Shown here: one piece after another, positions 62,858-64,000 of the stretch
Layout of the letters: each line of letters opens with the position of its first letter
Position numbering within the stretch: the first letter of the stretch is position 1
Assembly (NCBI GenBank): GCA_963820555.1
Contig: CAWGAT010000043.1
Coordinates: 1,554 to 65,553, forward strand
Direction of reading: 5' to 3'
Source: Candidatus Bathyarchaeota archaeon
GTDB lineage: Archaea > Thermoproteota > Bathyarchaeia > TCS64
DNA length: 64,000 nucleotides
Translations under genes and position numbers: made by a program
Notes under the pieces: model-generated
What the model was told of the DNA's origin: nothing
Databases searched by the model: none
Seen by the model: the letters and a program-made list of their open reading frames with translations, nothing else

Positions 62858-63484
62858 CTGCTCAGACTTCTACACGCGCGATTTTATTTCAAGGACTAAT
62901 TGTCGACCTAGTCGGACCTCTGAGGAGTTCCGAGTCCCTGAACAAGTATCTCAAGGATGTTGAGAATGATACAAAGATTCTGAGGTTCATGGTCTATGTT
63001 CCAAAGGGTTTTGGTAAGATGGGCAAAACAACGCTGCCAAACTTGGAAGAGACCAGCGATCCCAGCAAAATATTCACGGCTGAGTTCCCTGATGAAAAGT
63101 GGGAGATTCCTAAAAATTAGGTGATTATAATATGAACTCACGTATTCAACACGACTGCAAACGGCTTCATGGTACTTGGTTTATACATAAAAAGCGGCAA
63201 TTGAAAAATTTGGGATCGAAAAAGCCCTAGAATTATACTCTATTGTTGGTATCAGCTTCGGTGACATAACGAGTTGGAGGCTTGAGAAGTAGACGACCAG
63301 GGATTTCATGATCTTATTACACGGACCTAATTATAAAATATCTATACATGTATGGTGAGGTGACTATAACCTAATCCTCTCTTGAACAGATTGCATTCGC
63401 GAATGCCTTACTTATTTCATGTTACTATATTTATTATACAATCTCATTCAATGCACGCATATTTCTTCTTGGTTATGCTATTCT

Positions 63485-63952
63485 TCATCGTAACCCTTTT
63501 TCCATACGACCAAGAACGACGCCCATAACCCAAGAATCTAAAACCCCATTAACCGCCTGCTTAGCAATCGACAACCTATCAAAAACCACCGTCTTCCTCT
63601 GAATCTTCTCACCACTGAACTCGTATACGCTTACCCCCGGAGTCTCACACTTCACGCCCTCCTTAGTGGTCGCCTCCAGGGTGTACTGATAAACAGCCTT
63701 ATTCCCCTTCACCGCTATACCGATTCCAGCGTCTATAAGCTTCATCCGAATATCTTCCGGGGCGTACCAGGTTAAGTAACGCTTCACCTCATTCTTGCCA
63801 CTAAATACGCCCTCGGGTGCGACCCACACCGCGTCTTCTGTGAAGAATGACATCATCTTCTCCACGTCCTTCTTAGTGAAGGTCTCCACGAAGTCTCGTA
63901 TTATGCTCTCGAGTTTTTCCTCGGGCACGCTCGCCTGTTTAGCTTCAGTCAT
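63485..63952 (-). CDS. SnoaL/NTF2-like protein
   Basis: D......FTEDAV...P.G...G...V; KI......D. Confidence 0.88.
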   Translation of the reverse strand: MTEAKQASVPEEKLESIIRDFVETFTKKDVEKMMSFFTEDAVWVAPEGVFSGKNEVKRYLTWYAPEDIRMKLIDAGIGIAVKGNKAVYQYTLEATTKEGVKCETPGVSVYEFSGEKIQRKTVVFDRLSIAKQAVNGVLDSWVMGVVLGRMEKGLR

Positions 63953-64000
63953 TGAAAATACCTAAGAGAATTGGAATCGTTTCTGAAATTAACATTATCG

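Noticed and set aside
1-64000. CRISPR array, integron attC array, tRNA or rRNA genes
   Set aside because: No regularly spaced repeats, convincing RYYYAAC...GTTRRRY hairpins, integrase or stable-RNA signatures seen by eye.

Overview
Archaeal DNA, probably a Bathyarchaeia-like lineage (inferred from RadA, Cdc6/Orc1, Hjc, aIF1/SUI1, PAC2, AMMECR1 and many PAS/REC signalling genes). About 1-24 kb is an integrated element or defence island. It has a mini replication-like module (PCNA paralogue plus wHTH-AAA+ ATPase) and several PD-(D/E)XK-like nucleases. It carries a DISARM-related triad (SNF2 helicase, N6-adenine methyltransferase, and a 1741-aa SF2 helicase-DUF1998-nuclease fusion) plus Mrr. It also has an apparently undescribed coupled operon (3TM protein, ThsB-like TIR, Nmad-like protein, radical SAM/SPASM) and a convergent CHAT protease + RNase H-like pair. 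About 24-64 kb is mostly housekeeping genes with small accessory blocks. Non-coding signals: (CG)n runs at many accessory-gene boundaries, a ~80 bp element present three times with a fixed 59-bp motif spacing, and a structured GC-rich RNA candidate near 30 kb. Many core genes (cdc6, lon, trxB, hjc) carry indels, most likely assembly errors, so frameshift-based pseudogene calls are uncertain. No tRNA, rRNA, CRISPR array or integrase was recognised. All family assignments are motif recognition by eye, not database searches.
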